Assembly (NCBI RefSeq): GCF_009914755.1
Contig: NC_060927.1
Reading direction: 5' to 3' (one strand)
Origin: the human T2T-CHM13v2.0 reference genome, Homo sapiens
Length of the DNA stretch: 64,000 nt
Shown one piece after another: positions 1 to 13,446 of this stretch (position 1 is the first letter of the stretch; every line of letters starts with the position of its first letter). The translations under genes and the position numbers were made by a program. Below the pieces are notes generated by a model. That model had not been told where the DNA came from, did no database searches, and saw only the letters and a list, made by a program, of their open reading frames with translations.

Positions 1-140
1 CACCCATGGGATAAGCTAGGCAGGATTGTTGTCTCCATTTTACAGGTGAGGAAATTAAGGCTCAGTGAGGCCTGGAAGGCCCTGGCCTGCAGCCACTGCT
101 GGACCGGGTGCCAGAACTGGGTTTAGACGTCTTACTAGAT
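1..140 (-). mobile_element. MIR SINE fragment
   Basis: CCATTTTACAGGTGAGGAAATTAAGGCTCAG resembles the MIR core. Confidence 0.7.
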
Positions 141-976
141 CTCTCTTGCTGTTTTTCTTTCCGTCTACAAAAACTCCTTCTCATTTATGAGTTTCAAAGA
201 TTTTCTTGTCTGACACATAAGGAAATTAGTGGCTTTTCTTGAGAGATCTAAGCATTACTGCATTTGCCTAATATTTCTTTTACTATACCTATTGGTCTGA
301 GTACTTTAAGAGAAACCAGTGTCTGTAAATAATCTTCCTTCTTGTCAGACATGGAGGCAGAAATTTTCCAAGAAGAGAGACACCCTGAAGACACTGTTTG
401 TTCTCTGCTGTTCTTAACAAGTACTGCAACCACAATTTTGGATTTTTCTCCTCGAGGCTTTCTAGTTGTAGGCTGCCACAGAATACTTCGGGGTCACAGA
501 TTCCTATTCCCTTTTAAACTGTATCGGGCATGTGTGTTATGTGACCTTTGTGTTCTGACCTTCAGATTTAGGGAACTGAAGATTTAGGAAGTCTTGTTAG
601 GACTTAAATCCAAGTAAATTCCCTCATGAGTACAAAGACTCATCTGTGGAGGTGTGGAATGTTGGAGAGAAAGGGACTTTCATTCATCTAGCCCCCTGGG
701 TTAGAAAACAGGGCTGGTGAGTGATAGAGCTGAGGCTAGCATGCGGAGATCAGACTAGATTCGGCTTTCTGCTGGCTTCCTCCATATCACTCAGTACTTC
801 TGGAGTTGTAGCATGCCTCTTCCCCCTGGACTGGGAGCTTTGAGAGGGACGGCACTGGGTGTGCTCTGTGCACGGCTCTTCTAGAGGTGATCCAAGTGCT
901 TTGCATAGGCACTCAGGATTTATTTGCTTGATGAATTTGAACCTGTCTGTTGTTGATAAAATATCATTATTGCCCA

Positions 977-1017
977 TAAGGATCTTGAGGGAGTTTGTAA
1001 GGATCTTGAGGGAGTTT
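977..1017. repeat. 21-bp tandem duplication
   Basis: TAAGGATCTTGAGGGAGTTT(G) present twice (977-997, 998-1017). Confidence 0.9.
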
Positions 1018-1575
1018 CAGTCAGGATTCACTATAGGAAACAAACCACTTTAGATATTTTAAGTGGAAGGTACTTAATACAGGGTGTTTCACAGAAGTAA
1101 TTAGATGGACTGCATGGAGCAGAATCGAGGCTGTCTCCAGAAATGAATCACAAAACTGCACAAAATTATTCCATTTTCTACAATCAAGCAAGACAAAAAT
1201 GGTGAAGCCACCATGGGAATTACTGAGTTCAGTGATACATCACAAAACTTGTGAAACAGAGATCAAAAGCCATAGTCAGAATGATGGTAGCTGGACACTG
1301 AGACATGAGTCCAGCTACTTACTCTTTTTGTCACGGCTGCTTTTTGACAGCCACCAAGCTGAAGACTCAATATGAGAACACAGATGCTGAAAAACCCCAT
1401 GTCTGTGTCACCATTCTTCTAACAGAAAACAGGGCAAACAGCAGAAACATGTCTTCCATCTTACTTTTGCCTTTCAAATATCAAGCCAATTACATATATT
1501 TTGGCAGAATTTCTTTTGCAATCAAACCTTACCTGCAAGACAGCCTGTGCAATATGGGAAGTTTGAGTGTCCATC
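1015..1575. mobile_element. Possible ancient ERVL/MaLR-type solo LTR
   Basis: CAGTCAGGATTCA...GGAAACAAACCACTTTAGATATT resembles the ends of old LTRs. Heavily diverged and family uncertain. Confidence 0.35.
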
Positions 1576-3056
1576 TACCATATCCACCACATTAAGGGTG
1601 ATGGTTTTCATATTTCGGGCATGTCTTCCATAAGGCTTTGTGTGTAGTAGATATTAAGTTGGAACCAGAGTAACAATTACGTTCTATTACATCTCTACTT
1701 GTCAGTGTAGTTAATTATATAACAGAATGGACTGCAACAGTTTTACTTTAGGGAATCCCTAAGGGGGAATTCCTATTTATCAGAAAAATGCTGTAAGGAG
1801 GGAAGACCCTGAGGTGGGAGAGTATTCTAAACTGTTTTGGTTTCAAACATCTTGGAAAGTACTACATGGAGACATGCGATATTATAACATATCAGTGCTT
1901 ACCATGTCTGGGGGGAGTTCTGTCTTAAAAAAGCTTGCCTACCTTCTATGCTGTTGCTCCCTCGCTGCACTGTTTTGACCCCACTTTCCTCCTCACCAGC
2001 CAAATACAAGTTTTGCAATGAGAATTAATGTAAAATGGTTTCTTTATAACAAACTAAATAGGCTTATTCTTAAAAGGAAACATAGAGGTTGTTAAACCGT
2101 TGTTTTCCCTACATTTCATGCAATCACAGTACAACTCACAGGTCAGTTATTCTTGAATTTTAACCAAAAATTTCTAAATTGTCTTGACAATAAACAGGCA
2201 AAATAGGTAAAAGAAATTTCCAAAACAAGCAGAATGAGCAACTGGGACCATCCTGGCCAGATACTGAGGTGCATTTATAAGGCAACCTTGATTGAAAAAG
2301 GAGGTGGTCCTGGAATAGATGGGAGGCCACTGCAGTAACAAAACCCACCCAGACACAAGGCAACTGCACGTGGAATTAATAGGCCATAAAAGAACCACCT
2401 TGAAACATTCCGAAATGTTGAGCCTTCACTGAATTCTTCTGACTTTTCCCTCAACTCTGTGTAACCCCAATTTAGAAATGTGAAATAGTTGTTAGTAATC
2501 CCTTCCACCTTTACATTGTACCCTAGTGAGTGCATTTGGATGTATTTTAGACACATTTTTTTTTTTCCTGCTCCAAATTAAGAATCAGGCAACATATTGT
2601 CCTTCTAGTACTTGTAACCAAGTATATATTATAAAATCACTGATAATCTCGTATGTGTGGGGTCAGGTGTTAAAGATATAATTGAAGTAAACACTCTTGA
2701 TTTATTTTTATTTTTATTTTAAGAAAAAGTGACATTTTTGCTTCAGGAGAAAGAGGCTGAGTGAATAGGTTAGTTGATAATAGTTTCTGCTAGGTTTCTG
2801 CTATATCTTGCTTTTCTCCCGAAGATTCATTTTAGTACCTTCTTTCCTTCTTAAGAGCACATGCTCCTAAAGCAGGGAAGCCCCCAAAGCCTCCTCTACT
2901 TCCCGTTGCTAATTGCTGTGGCCTCTTATCCACGCCAGTAATGAACCAAAAGTATGGGAGGGCTTTAGCCATATGGAACTTCTGGGAGAGGACTTGACTG
3001 TATTCAGGATTCACTTGGACTAAACGACCAAAACCTCATTAACACAGTGTTTTCAG

Positions 3057-3164
3057 TAGGTGATTATATGAGTTATCGTCAAAACTGGGACACTTTTGCA
3101 AAGGGGCACTGTTAATAATTACACCAGAACAGCAGGTATAAATTGGAGATGTATGGTCATCCTA
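3057..3164. mobile_element. MER81-like hAT (Blackjack) non-autonomous DNA transposon
   Basis: Termini TAGGTGATTATA...TATGGTCATCCTA form inverted repeats; internal AAACTGGGACACTTTTG and TTAATAATTAC match my recollection of MER81. Confidence 0.75.
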
Positions 3165-3809
3165 ATTATACAGAGCCTTCAAGAACAGTGTTTGAAATGT
3201 GAATTAAAACGATTCGAAACCAGAGCTTAAGTCTTAGTATTTTCATGGGTTTAAGTTTACCTTCTCTTTTATATAACAATCACTTGCTGAGATCTGATGA
3301 TGGGATATACTGTGTATTAGGTCCTAGGAATATATAGATAAAGTAGATACCAATTTTGTTTTTTTCTTCACTCACAGTATTGTAATATTTTAGACCAGTG
3401 GGTTTCCAGTCTGGCTTATAGCATACTGGAGATACTAGGGCAATAATGCATTTTATGCTTCCCCCAAATTAAAGTATGTTTTGCCAAAGTGTGATGATTT
3501 AAATGCCCCTGTAATGGTTTTATTAATTTTTCTATTTATACTTGGGGTTTTGTTTATGATTTGGCATGAAGAAACCATTTATTTTGCTAAGGAAAAGTTT
3601 GAAAGCTACTGGTTTGAGACTTAAAAATTTATCTTTAATATTTGGTTATAAAGTCGTAAGGCTACTTTTTAAAGAGGGGAAGAACTAGACTGATTAAAGC
3701 TGAAACACATAAAGATGTAAACTGAGTGGGAAACAAATAAATTACCTGAAATATATAAAGGTCTGCTATGTATTAGAGGTTTTGTGATTCTAGAGGGCAC
3801 AGGTAGGAC

Positions 3810-4030
3810 CAATAGGTGGTACTTATGGGAATACAGGCTTCAGCTGCAGAAAACTTTCTAGCAGTCATAACTTTTCTGCCATGGAAGGGGCTGTCTTGTA
3901 AGGTAATGAGTTCCTTGTCATTGGACATGTACAAATGAACTCACAGATGGTGGGTAAGCTTCATCTTGAGCTCCACATTAGATAAAATGTCTTCATTAAC
4001 AATTTCACACTTCAAGGATGTTAAACTTCT
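3810..4030 (+). mobile_element. L3/CR1 LINE fragment
   Basis: GGAAGGGGCTGTCTTGTAAGGTAATGAGTTCCTTGTCATTGGA resembles the L3/CR1 3' region. Confidence 0.55.
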
Positions 4031-4076
4031 GTATTGGTGAATGTTGGGTCCTTTGCTACTTCTTTAAAAATATCTA

Positions 4077-4078
<2 letters not shown>

Positions 4079-4112
<34 letters not shown>
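4079..4112. repeat. (GT)17 microsatellite
   Basis: Direct read. Confidence 0.95.
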
Positions 4113-4116
<4 letters not shown>

Positions 4117-4761
4117 ATTTGTGTTTTATTTCCCCAGAACATTAGCTGAGTATATTTTTCATGTATTTTATTTTATATTTTTACACAGTGGTCAATAATT
4201 GATAAAAATACAGAAGCTACTACAACAGTTCTCTCATCAAGGGAAACTTAAAAGGGATAATGTCCATAGATGTGATTCTGAAACTGATTTGAAACAGCCT
4301 GGTTCATTTTTACTGTGTTGCCATTGGTTAATGCTTAACCAGATTTTGTCTCTGTTTCAAAATCTTGAAATAAAAGTGGAACAACTTCCAACATGACTTA
4401 AGAAAAAGGTCCCCAGTTGAAAATGCTTCCAATCGTTTTGCTATTAAATGTGAAATTGCAAAACTAGCCTCTCTTACAAAAACTAGTGAGAAGCTTGCCT
4501 GTTTTTCATACCATTTCAAATACTGAGAAATAATTTCTCTAGGCTCTTGGAATTAGAGTTAAATAAAAATTATATTTCAGAGTATATAATGCATGAAGTT
4601 GGATTTCTTTGTTTTCTAAAACTGTATCTCATGGTCCTTGAAGGTTGATAATTTATATCTCTGGTACCACTTTATTTTTCTATTATTTGTGGATTAAAAA
4701 TTTTAAATTTAGCAATATACTTATATTTTGCTTTAGAATAAAGTTGATTTTTAAAAACTTA

Positions 4762-5059
4762 TTTAGAGACAGGGTCTCATTCTATTGCCCAGGCTGGAGT
4801 GCAGTGGCATGATCGTGGCTCACTGTAACCTTGAACCCCTGGTCTCAAGTGATCCTTCCACCTCAGCCTCCCGAGTAGCTGGGATTAGAGAGGCGAGCCA
4901 CCATTCCCAGCTAATGTTTTTTAGAAATTATTATTATTTTTTTTTTCCAGAGACACATCTTGTTGTGTTGCGCAGGCTGATCTCGAACTCCAGGCCTCAA
5001 GCAATCCAGGGTCTCCTCCCAAAGTGCTAGGATTATATGTGTGAGCCACTGCTCCCAGC
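4762..5059 (-). mobile_element. Alu (AluJ-like)
   Basis: GAGACAGGGTCTC...CCCAGGCTGGAGTGCAGTGG...CAAAGTGCTAGGATTA...GTGAGCCAC; diverged. Confidence 0.93.
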
Positions 5060-5179
5060 TGAGCTTTTTCTTAATAGATATTTAAGATGATATGTAATTA
5101 GAGAATCGGAGATTAAACTGGAAACTTTAATTTACAATAACAATAAAATATTAATTCAATAATAGTAATTTAAATTACA

Positions 5180-5490
5180 GGCCAGGTGTGATGACTTTAA
5201 TCTCAGCAGTTTGGGAGGCCAGGGTGAGAGCACCGCTTGAGCCCAGGAGTTCGAGACTAGTGAGACCCTGTCTTTACAAAAAAAATTAAAAAATTTGCCA
5301 GACATTGTGGCACACCTATAGTCCCGACTACTTTGGAGAGGCTGAGGTGGGAGAAATACTTGAGTCTAGGAGTTGCAGGCTTCAGTGAGCCATGATGGTA
5401 CCACTGCACTACAGCTTGGGCAACAGAGTGAGACCTTGTCTCTAAATAATAATAATGATAATAATAATAAAAATAAACAAATAAATAAAT
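5180..5490 (+). mobile_element. Alu (AluJ-like) with (TAA)n/A-rich tail
   Basis: GGCCAGGTGTG...TTGAGCCCAGGAGTTCGAGAC...GCAACAGAGTGAGACCTTGTCTC followed by the tail. Confidence 0.93.
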
Positions 5491-6719
5491 TATAATGTCC
5501 AAACTCAATTCAAAAGCTCTAAGCTAATTTATAGTAGTTCTGATGTAGGATACAAACAACACAGTTGACAGTTTTGTGAACAATATGATGTTCAAAAGGC
5601 TGAAGTATAATCTCTAACTCCCCATCTTGTTGCTATGATTACTCTTAGCAGATTATGTGGCCTGAATCAACATTGGTTCACAGTCACAAGCAGTGTTATC
5701 AGATGTAAATATGTCTTAACGTTCATCAATAGTAGACTCATATTCATTGAAGGAAAAATTAAGAATTTCTACTTTTTCAAGTTATAACTAAAATTGCTTT
5801 TAAAATCTTCCTTATTTTATTGAGATATCAAAATAAATATTCAAAAACAGAAAAATACAAACAGAATCATTAAAAAATTAAGATAATTAGAACATCCTAA
5901 AGTGGTAGCAAAATCTCATGGCCTGACTAATGGTCATGACACACTTGTAAATGGATATCTAAAATGGAGTGTTTACATGTTTTAATACAAGTTTGAACAA
6001 GCTGTCAGGGAAACACAGCTAAGTGAGCTGCAGTTAACTTGCAGACTTACACAGTTATTGGTAGGTTTAGAAATAGAAGATGCTAGATAACCGTTAAAGA
6101 GATTGCTAGGTCTCATTAGAGATCATATTGGTGATTTTTCCTATCGTCACTTTTTCCTGGGTGAGGGGCAAAATCTTTATGAATTAGGCACTTAGCGTCT
6201 CACCTTTACAAATCCAGATTTCCACCTTTAGAAGCAGATTTACTGAACTCAAAGAGGTGCAGGCTATTGTTGCCTGTTTTCTCTTGGCCTTGAACAGAAA
6301 AGCAGTCTATAAGAATCAAGGACTTAGAAGAAACCTGCTAAGGAGCCCGTTTTTTTGCCAGCACTGCACACTCCACAGACTAGCCATAACATTGTGGATC
6401 ATAAGAAGTTGTGGGAGGAGATTTTGAAGGTCATCATTAGTTGCTTATTATTTTAAATCTGCAGAAACTGAGGTCCAGAGAGAATTCACATTTTCTTGGT
6501 TACTTTGCCACGTGGAACAATTGTTATCAAATGTGACCTGGAATGCAAGGTTGGGGCCATTTATCTTCTGTGCTAATTTTCAGTGCCATGGTTGCGAACT
6601 TTCTTGGCAGAGAAATTGTTTACTTCTGTGCCCTATTCCATTGCCTTTTACCTACCCCATCTAGTTATAATCTAGCAATAGAGTTATAAGCTTGTGTAAT
6701 CAAACTTTCCCACTGCAGA

Positions 6720-6890
6720 TGCTCTTTGGAGACAGAATATTTGGGTTTAAACCCAGCCTCTGATATGTTCTAGCTGCTCTATTACATTGGATAAGTTTCT
6801 TTAGCTTCTCTAAATCTCGGTATTTGAATACTCAAATTAGAAGACGTAAATTATTTCCTAAGATTTCTCCTAGCTGGGGTTCTCTATGAC
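6720..6890 (+). mobile_element. MIR fragment
   Basis: TTGGGTTTAAACCCAGCCTC...GGATAAGTTTCTTTAGCTTCTCTAAATCTCGGT resembles the MIR core. Confidence 0.5.
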
Positions 6891-7005
6891 CTTTTAGCTC
6901 TTAAGTAGTCTGTCCTGGCTATTGTCAACCATGTCTTTTTTTCCTTGACTGATAGAAACTGTGGCAAACTAAAGGCCACTTAGTCAGTATTTGTTCCGTC
7001 CTTAA

Positions 7006-7509
<504 letters not shown>

Positions 7510-9789
7510 TAGTTTATTTGGATCCTGAAATGCCGCTGAGTTTTTCTTGTCACCTGCAGCATTGCCAAGAACAAGGAGTGCACCATTAGTGTTAATTTAT
7601 TTTTTCTGGTACTCTGTGCAAGGCAGATGGGCATTTAATGTGCTGATTCCAACCCTACCTTCCCTCATCTACACTCCCTGGTCTCATAGGAGTTAAAACA
7701 TAGTTTTGTAAGAAACCTTAGCTCCTTGAACTTGTGGACTTGTGGGAGAATCATGGAAACATGAGAGTTAGAGGGAATGGTAGTGGATATCTAATCTTTA
7801 GTGTACAGATAGGAAGGGTCACTGAGGTTCAAAGAGGTTAAGAACGAAAGTCATAGACCCAATTAGTGACTGAGCTAGATAGAAAGTACGCCCAAGTCCT
7901 CTGCATCTAAGTCTAGTGCCTTTTCCAGTTTTTCCAAATGTCTCTCAGATAGCCTATATAAAGGTTTGGCATTTCTGTAGCGTTGTTCTCTCGTTACCTC
8001 TTCTGAGCAATGCCAGCTGTCCATGCAGAGAGTGGGGCACTTAGCCAGTGCTGGGCCAAAGCTGTCTGTAAGAAGAAGTTGAGTGAATACATTGACATTT
8101 TCAGCCCATGGTAGATCCTGCTTTGCCCTTCCGGCTCTATGTGACCTGATGCTTCAGAGGAAGAGTGAATACATTTGCTGTTCAACTAACAATTGTGTGT
8201 AATTTTCAGCCTGCCTTATTCTTCAATGCTGTCTTCCCACGCCTCCACCACATGCCACAGCATATCTGCTTCGCAATTACGCTGGTAGGGACTTACCCCG
8301 TTTGGAAAAGGTTTGCCTAAATACTTATTTACTTGTGCATGATACATCTTGATTGATACCTTGTTAATCTCTGAGATCAACCCAAGAATCCTTCCTTCAA
8401 GGGGGAGGATAGAAGAGTCAGGGAAACGGGTGACAGAAAAAGAGAAAAAGAGGACTGTGCTTCCTCACTGATGAGCAAAGAGGAGAATTACAGATGATAT
8501 CAAAACAATGAGGAGAATCACAGGTGATATCGAATCTGCTTTACTTGGCGTTGGCTACTTGTAAAGTCAAGATCTTTCATAGACTCATAAAAGCTTGTGA
8601 GCAGAGTTGTCATTTGTACCATCTAATTCCATCACTACATTTTTCGAGAAGGACACAAGATTTCAGAGATAACGGAAGTTACACAGTGGGCTCATGGCGG
8701 AGCTAAGACTAGAAGCTGGGTCTGAATTCTGAAGATCAGGCATCTTTCCACTAAATACTGAGATGTGAACAATAATGGAGAGCCGTATAGCCCAGAGGGG
8801 AAACCACATTATACCAGTTTAGTGGATGATTAGGAAAGCAGTTTTGAAATTCCAGGAAGGTACTGACTTTTGTATAAAGAGAATGTTTAAAAAAAAAAAA
8901 CCTTCAAAGTTATAGGAGAGTGTTATTTAAATTGTAACAGCTTGTTTAAATGAAGAAAATGTTGCTAAGGGACATGAATGCTAAACGTTAGTCTGCCATC
9001 AGCTACTTCTGATGTTTAAGTCAAATAGTCCCTCAGTTCTGTGGTGTTAATCTATGTCCCTTTTCTAATATCATTCATTTATTCAGTGCACACTGACCAA
9101 GAGCTAGGCCTTGAGTTAGTTGCCAGGAAGATATAGGGACTAATACAATGTCATTTAAAGATTAATAGAAATGCTCTAAGTCAATTATTCTCAACCCTTG
9201 AATCAGAGTATATACATAAAGATCCCCATATGAGGTTAGTGTGCAGACTGTTTTGATAAACACTACTCTAAGTTTATTGCACTGGATGTTGGATAATATG
9301 ATGTAACGGTTGTTTGTTTTTCAGTTTTGGTGATCTATATAAATCTTTTTAGAAGAGTAGCATATTGATTTGGACGAAAAAAAGGAAAATATGACCAAAC
9401 ACTACTTCTTTCTGTTTTTGTGGGTGACAGTGACTTGACATTCACATGGTATCCTGAGAGAGGCTTAGTAGCTTTGTTAGTATTAATTGTCAGTTTGCCT
9501 ATGGCACTAAGTTTTCCCACCTACGTGGGGCGGGTCCTGGTCATCACATAGCCTTTTGTAGTTATTTGCTTTCTGTTGTGCCTTGATTTTTTTTTTCTGT
9601 TGACTATTGGCTTCATCACTTTGTGGTCCTGTGGCTTATTATGATTAGATTTGAGGGTACAGAATAGAGAAAACATTATGGCAAGTAGAATTCAAGAGCT
9701 GGAATGGAAATAATAAGAGCAAAAACTACTGTTAAGTGCTGATTTCCTTTGAATTGTGGTGTTTTCCTTTCTTCTCCAAATAGGGAGGT

Positions 9790-10020
9790 AGTACAGAGTG
9801 AAGACCGGAGATTTGGAGTTAAAGATCTGTGTCCCAGCTTCAGCTTTGCTATTTGTTAGCTGTATATCCTTGAGCAAGTTATTCAACCTCTTACAGTCTT
9901 ACTTTCTTGATTTGCTAGATGTGGGTAATGATAGTGCTACCTCATATGGCAGTCAGGATGACTGTGTGGCCATTGAAAATTTGCTAGACATATAATAAAC
10001 CTTCAATAAACACTTGTTTA
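9790..10020 (+). mobile_element. MIR
   Basis: TTAGCTGTATATCCTTGAGCAAGTTATTCAACCTC...ACCTCATA matches the MIR core. Confidence 0.7.
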
Positions 10021-11099
10021 TTGTCAGTCTCTAGTCTTCTTAGGACCGCTGGGGGAACAGACAGAAGAGCAGCAGAGGAGTTGATAAGTGAAACCTCTTA
10101 GGTTCTTCTTAATTGCTTGCATGTGACAATTTCTGAAAGAGCAATGCTGAGGAAGCAGCAGCTCCCCAGCTCCCTTCAGCAGTAGGCATCTTGCTTAGAG
10201 GAGGGCCACTGCTCTTGCTTTCCTGTCTGCTGATGGTGGTTGTGTATTCTCAGAGCCTCTCTGGAAATCTTCCCTTTCACTTCTTGCTTTCATGATGATT
10301 ATGAACTTCGAGTGAAACCTAGCTAGAATGAGGGGAAGTAAGAGCAGTGTAAATCTTGGTCCAGCAACACCAGTTCTCACCACTGCTTATTTTTGTGTTT
10401 ACATGGGTCTCTCTTAGAAGCCAAGAGCCCCAATGATATGTGCTAGTTCATCTGTTCATTAAACTTGTGAAGTTTCATCAAACCCATTTATCAAAATGAA
10501 GGGCTGTAATGAAGATTTTAGAGAAAGAAAGCACTCTAAAATATTAGAGCTGATTGGGACTTTACAGGTATTCATTTTGCAAATGAGTGTCATCTCTTGT
10601 TAAAGGTCACACTTGTATAGCTGAGACTAGAACTGGGGCCACAGGGACTCTATGTCTATACTATTGGATTTATCACTTTCCTTGGATCCATCCTACATGA
10701 TTCAATTTTTAATACCTGGAGTTTTCACTCTTGTTATCTTCCTATTCAAGGATAAAAGCTCTAGCTTCTTATCTTTATATAAAACCTTTAAAAGGCAGAA
10801 CTCATGTTATCTTTTAAAACTTTCCCCTAACTGTTCTCCCTGAATCCCTCATTTTGGTGCCGCTGGTCTGATCCCTGTCCTACAGAAATGCCTTGCTTCA
10901 TACCCAAGCTCACAGTATTATTTCTAATCTTTGCCCTGGTTACTCCAGTTTTCTTTTATTTACTCAGCATTCAAAGTCCTGGTTAAGGGCTACCTCTGCC
11001 AAGCTTATGCTAGCTTTTCTGACATCCCCCAAGATTTTTCATGTGCTTTCTGTGTTGCTCTCTTTCTCTTTTCACATTTATAAATATTTCTTCCTCAAA

Positions 11100-11340
11100 T
11101 AGTCTTTGAGCTCTTTGAGTAAAGAATAAGAATCTGATTCATCTATAGCTCCAGTGCCAGGCAAATAAATTCATTCATTCATTAAATTAACAGACATTTT
11201 TATTGAGTACCTATCATGTGGTAGCCCCTGGAATTATAAAATGATAAATATTTCCACTCTCAAGGATTTGCGAGTTTAGTTTGGGGAACAGGAAAGCAGA
11301 TGGGCAGAGCACCATGTGACGAATATGTGACAACAGTATG
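11100..11340. mobile_element. L2 fragments
   Basis: (TTCA)n followed by ATTTTTATTGAGTACCTATCATGTG, a typical L2 3' end. Confidence 0.55.
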
Positions 11341-11569
11341 TAGATGCTGTGGGATTGTACTATAAGGATGTATAACTTGAACTGTAGAATATAGTGCAAG
11401 ATTTGCCTTCAAGGACTAGTAGAAAGTAATGCTTATGATCTAAATTGATGCATAGTATGTTGGAAGTCATTTTTAGACAAGAAGTAGCTTGTTTCAGAGG
11501 GAGCAGAGATCAAACCTAGGAAAAAAATGTGAATTTCTATCAGAAAAGTACTGCAAAATGACCTCAGAA

Positions 11570-12142
11570 TAAATAGAAAACTACTACTATTATCATAGAA
11601 GTTACTGGCAATATGATTAATGTCTGTTAAAAGAAGATGTATTTAGATGACTTTATGCTGAATTTGGATAACCTTTAAAAAACCAGATAATTCCAGTGTA
11701 GTTATTAAATATCCTAGACAGTAGAGGAGGTTGGAGAAAACTCCCCTATCAAAACCTAATCATGATAAGTAAAACAAGCAGAAAAAAATGCTATAAAATG
11801 ATCTTTATTATGATTATATGTACACAAATTATAGATAAAATAGCCTAGTTAATTCATTAATATATCAAAACACAAGTGTAACAAAGGATTTATTCTAGGC
11901 ATGCAAAGATGGTTCAATATGTAGACTTTATCAACATATTTCATTACATCATCAAATTAAGGGAGGGAAAAAGAGTTGAATGTATCAGTGGTTGCTAAAG
12001 AGGGCACTGCAGCTGTAACTAGATAGGATTTTATTCCACAAATGCCAAGATAGTTCAATATCTGGAAATCTATCAGCATGCTTCATTACATCACCAAATT
12101 AAGGGAAGATAAAAGAGATGATTGTATCAGTGAATGCTATAG
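11570..12142 (+). mobile_element. Ancient L1M ORF2 (RT region) relic with internal diverged duplication
   Basis: AGGATTTATTCTAGGCATGCAAAGATGGTTCAATAT corresponds to L1 ORF2 GFIPGMQGWFNI and is present twice. Confidence 0.6.
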
Positions 12143-12179
12143 CAATTCTAGAAAGATATGAGTAACTAAGAAAGAGTAA

Positions 12180-12570
12180 CGTTCATTCATTCTCCCATTT
12201 CTATGTAACATACTTGTTTAAGGGGCTTCCTGCCTAGGCATTGTGCCGGTATAGTGAGACTAGTTGGAGTTTCCAACTTGTTGGGACATGTAGGCAGGTA
12301 AATAAATGGCTTTCTTGTGGATTGTTATAAGTATGCCGAAAGTACTAAAGAGCCTAGAAAAAGGAATTAGGCTACTCTTCCTTGGAGAAGTTAGGGAAAT
12401 GTTCACAGAGTTAGAGACATTTGAGCTGAGACAATATAAAAATATAGGGCTTGGTAGAACGTGAAGAGAGGGAAACGGCATTGTTGATGGTGAACACAGC
12501 ATGAGCAAGGGTTCAGAATCATGAAAACTTATTATAAATCCTGGGAATGGGGTCACTGGGTCACTGCTGA
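12180..12570 (-). mobile_element. L2 fragment
   Basis: TTCATTCATTC...CTAGGCATTGTG...GAACACAGCATGAGCAAGGG. Confidence 0.55.
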
Positions 12571-13378
12571 CATGCAGAAGAATGGTAAGAGAAGATACTG
12601 AGGAGGACATCTGCAAACAAATGATTGGTCAGAAGATGGGCCTCTCAGGAGGAGCAGCTGGAGGTGCTTCTTCATGGAGGGCAGCATGCGGGTAATTTAT
12701 GATGCTGGGGATAACTGAAATGACTGTGGAGCCAATGATTTGCATATTGATACTTATATTTTATTTATACTCTCCCAGAAATTGCCTGTTTCTTTATATC
12801 TGTGCTATATCCGAAAAGCCAAGATGATACAGTCAGTCAGTAACTTGGGATTACTATGAAAAATGTGAATCTTTGCTTAAGAAAATACTGCATCCTATAT
12901 TAACCAATTTTTCAACCTTTTATTATAAAATGACTTTAGATTTATAGAGACCTTCCAAGGATAGTATTAAGCCATTTTAAAAATTATAATTAACATTTAT
13001 GCTACCAATGTGCATAATGCATTAAAAGTTTTAAACCTTTACTTGATCCCTTTTATTTCACACTTATATTCACTTTAGTCATACTGAAAGCAAACCAGTC
13101 ACTTTTATCCCAATTTAGTAGAAGACCAAGCCTCAATTAAAAGCAAAAGCAAAACCAAAATTGGCATTTCTCAGCCATGTGAGATGGGTTTGGTTTTGGT
13201 ATTTAGAAAAAAAAAATCATCTGAAGTTATTCCAAATGAACAGCTAAATTTAAAAACCACGAGTAAAACAGACATTCATTGGTAGTTTTTCTATATTGGT
13301 TTTGTGCTAGGCCTTAATGGTAGTTTATAAATGTGTAAAATATGGTCCCTACCCTTTTAAGGAACTCAAGTTTAGCAA

Positions 13379-13446
13379 GTATGTATGTGTCTTTGTGTGT
13401 GTGTATATATATACATGTATGTATGTGTGTGTATATATGAATATGT
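13379..13446. repeat. Mixed (TG)/(TA) microsatellite
   Basis: Direct read. Confidence 0.8.
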
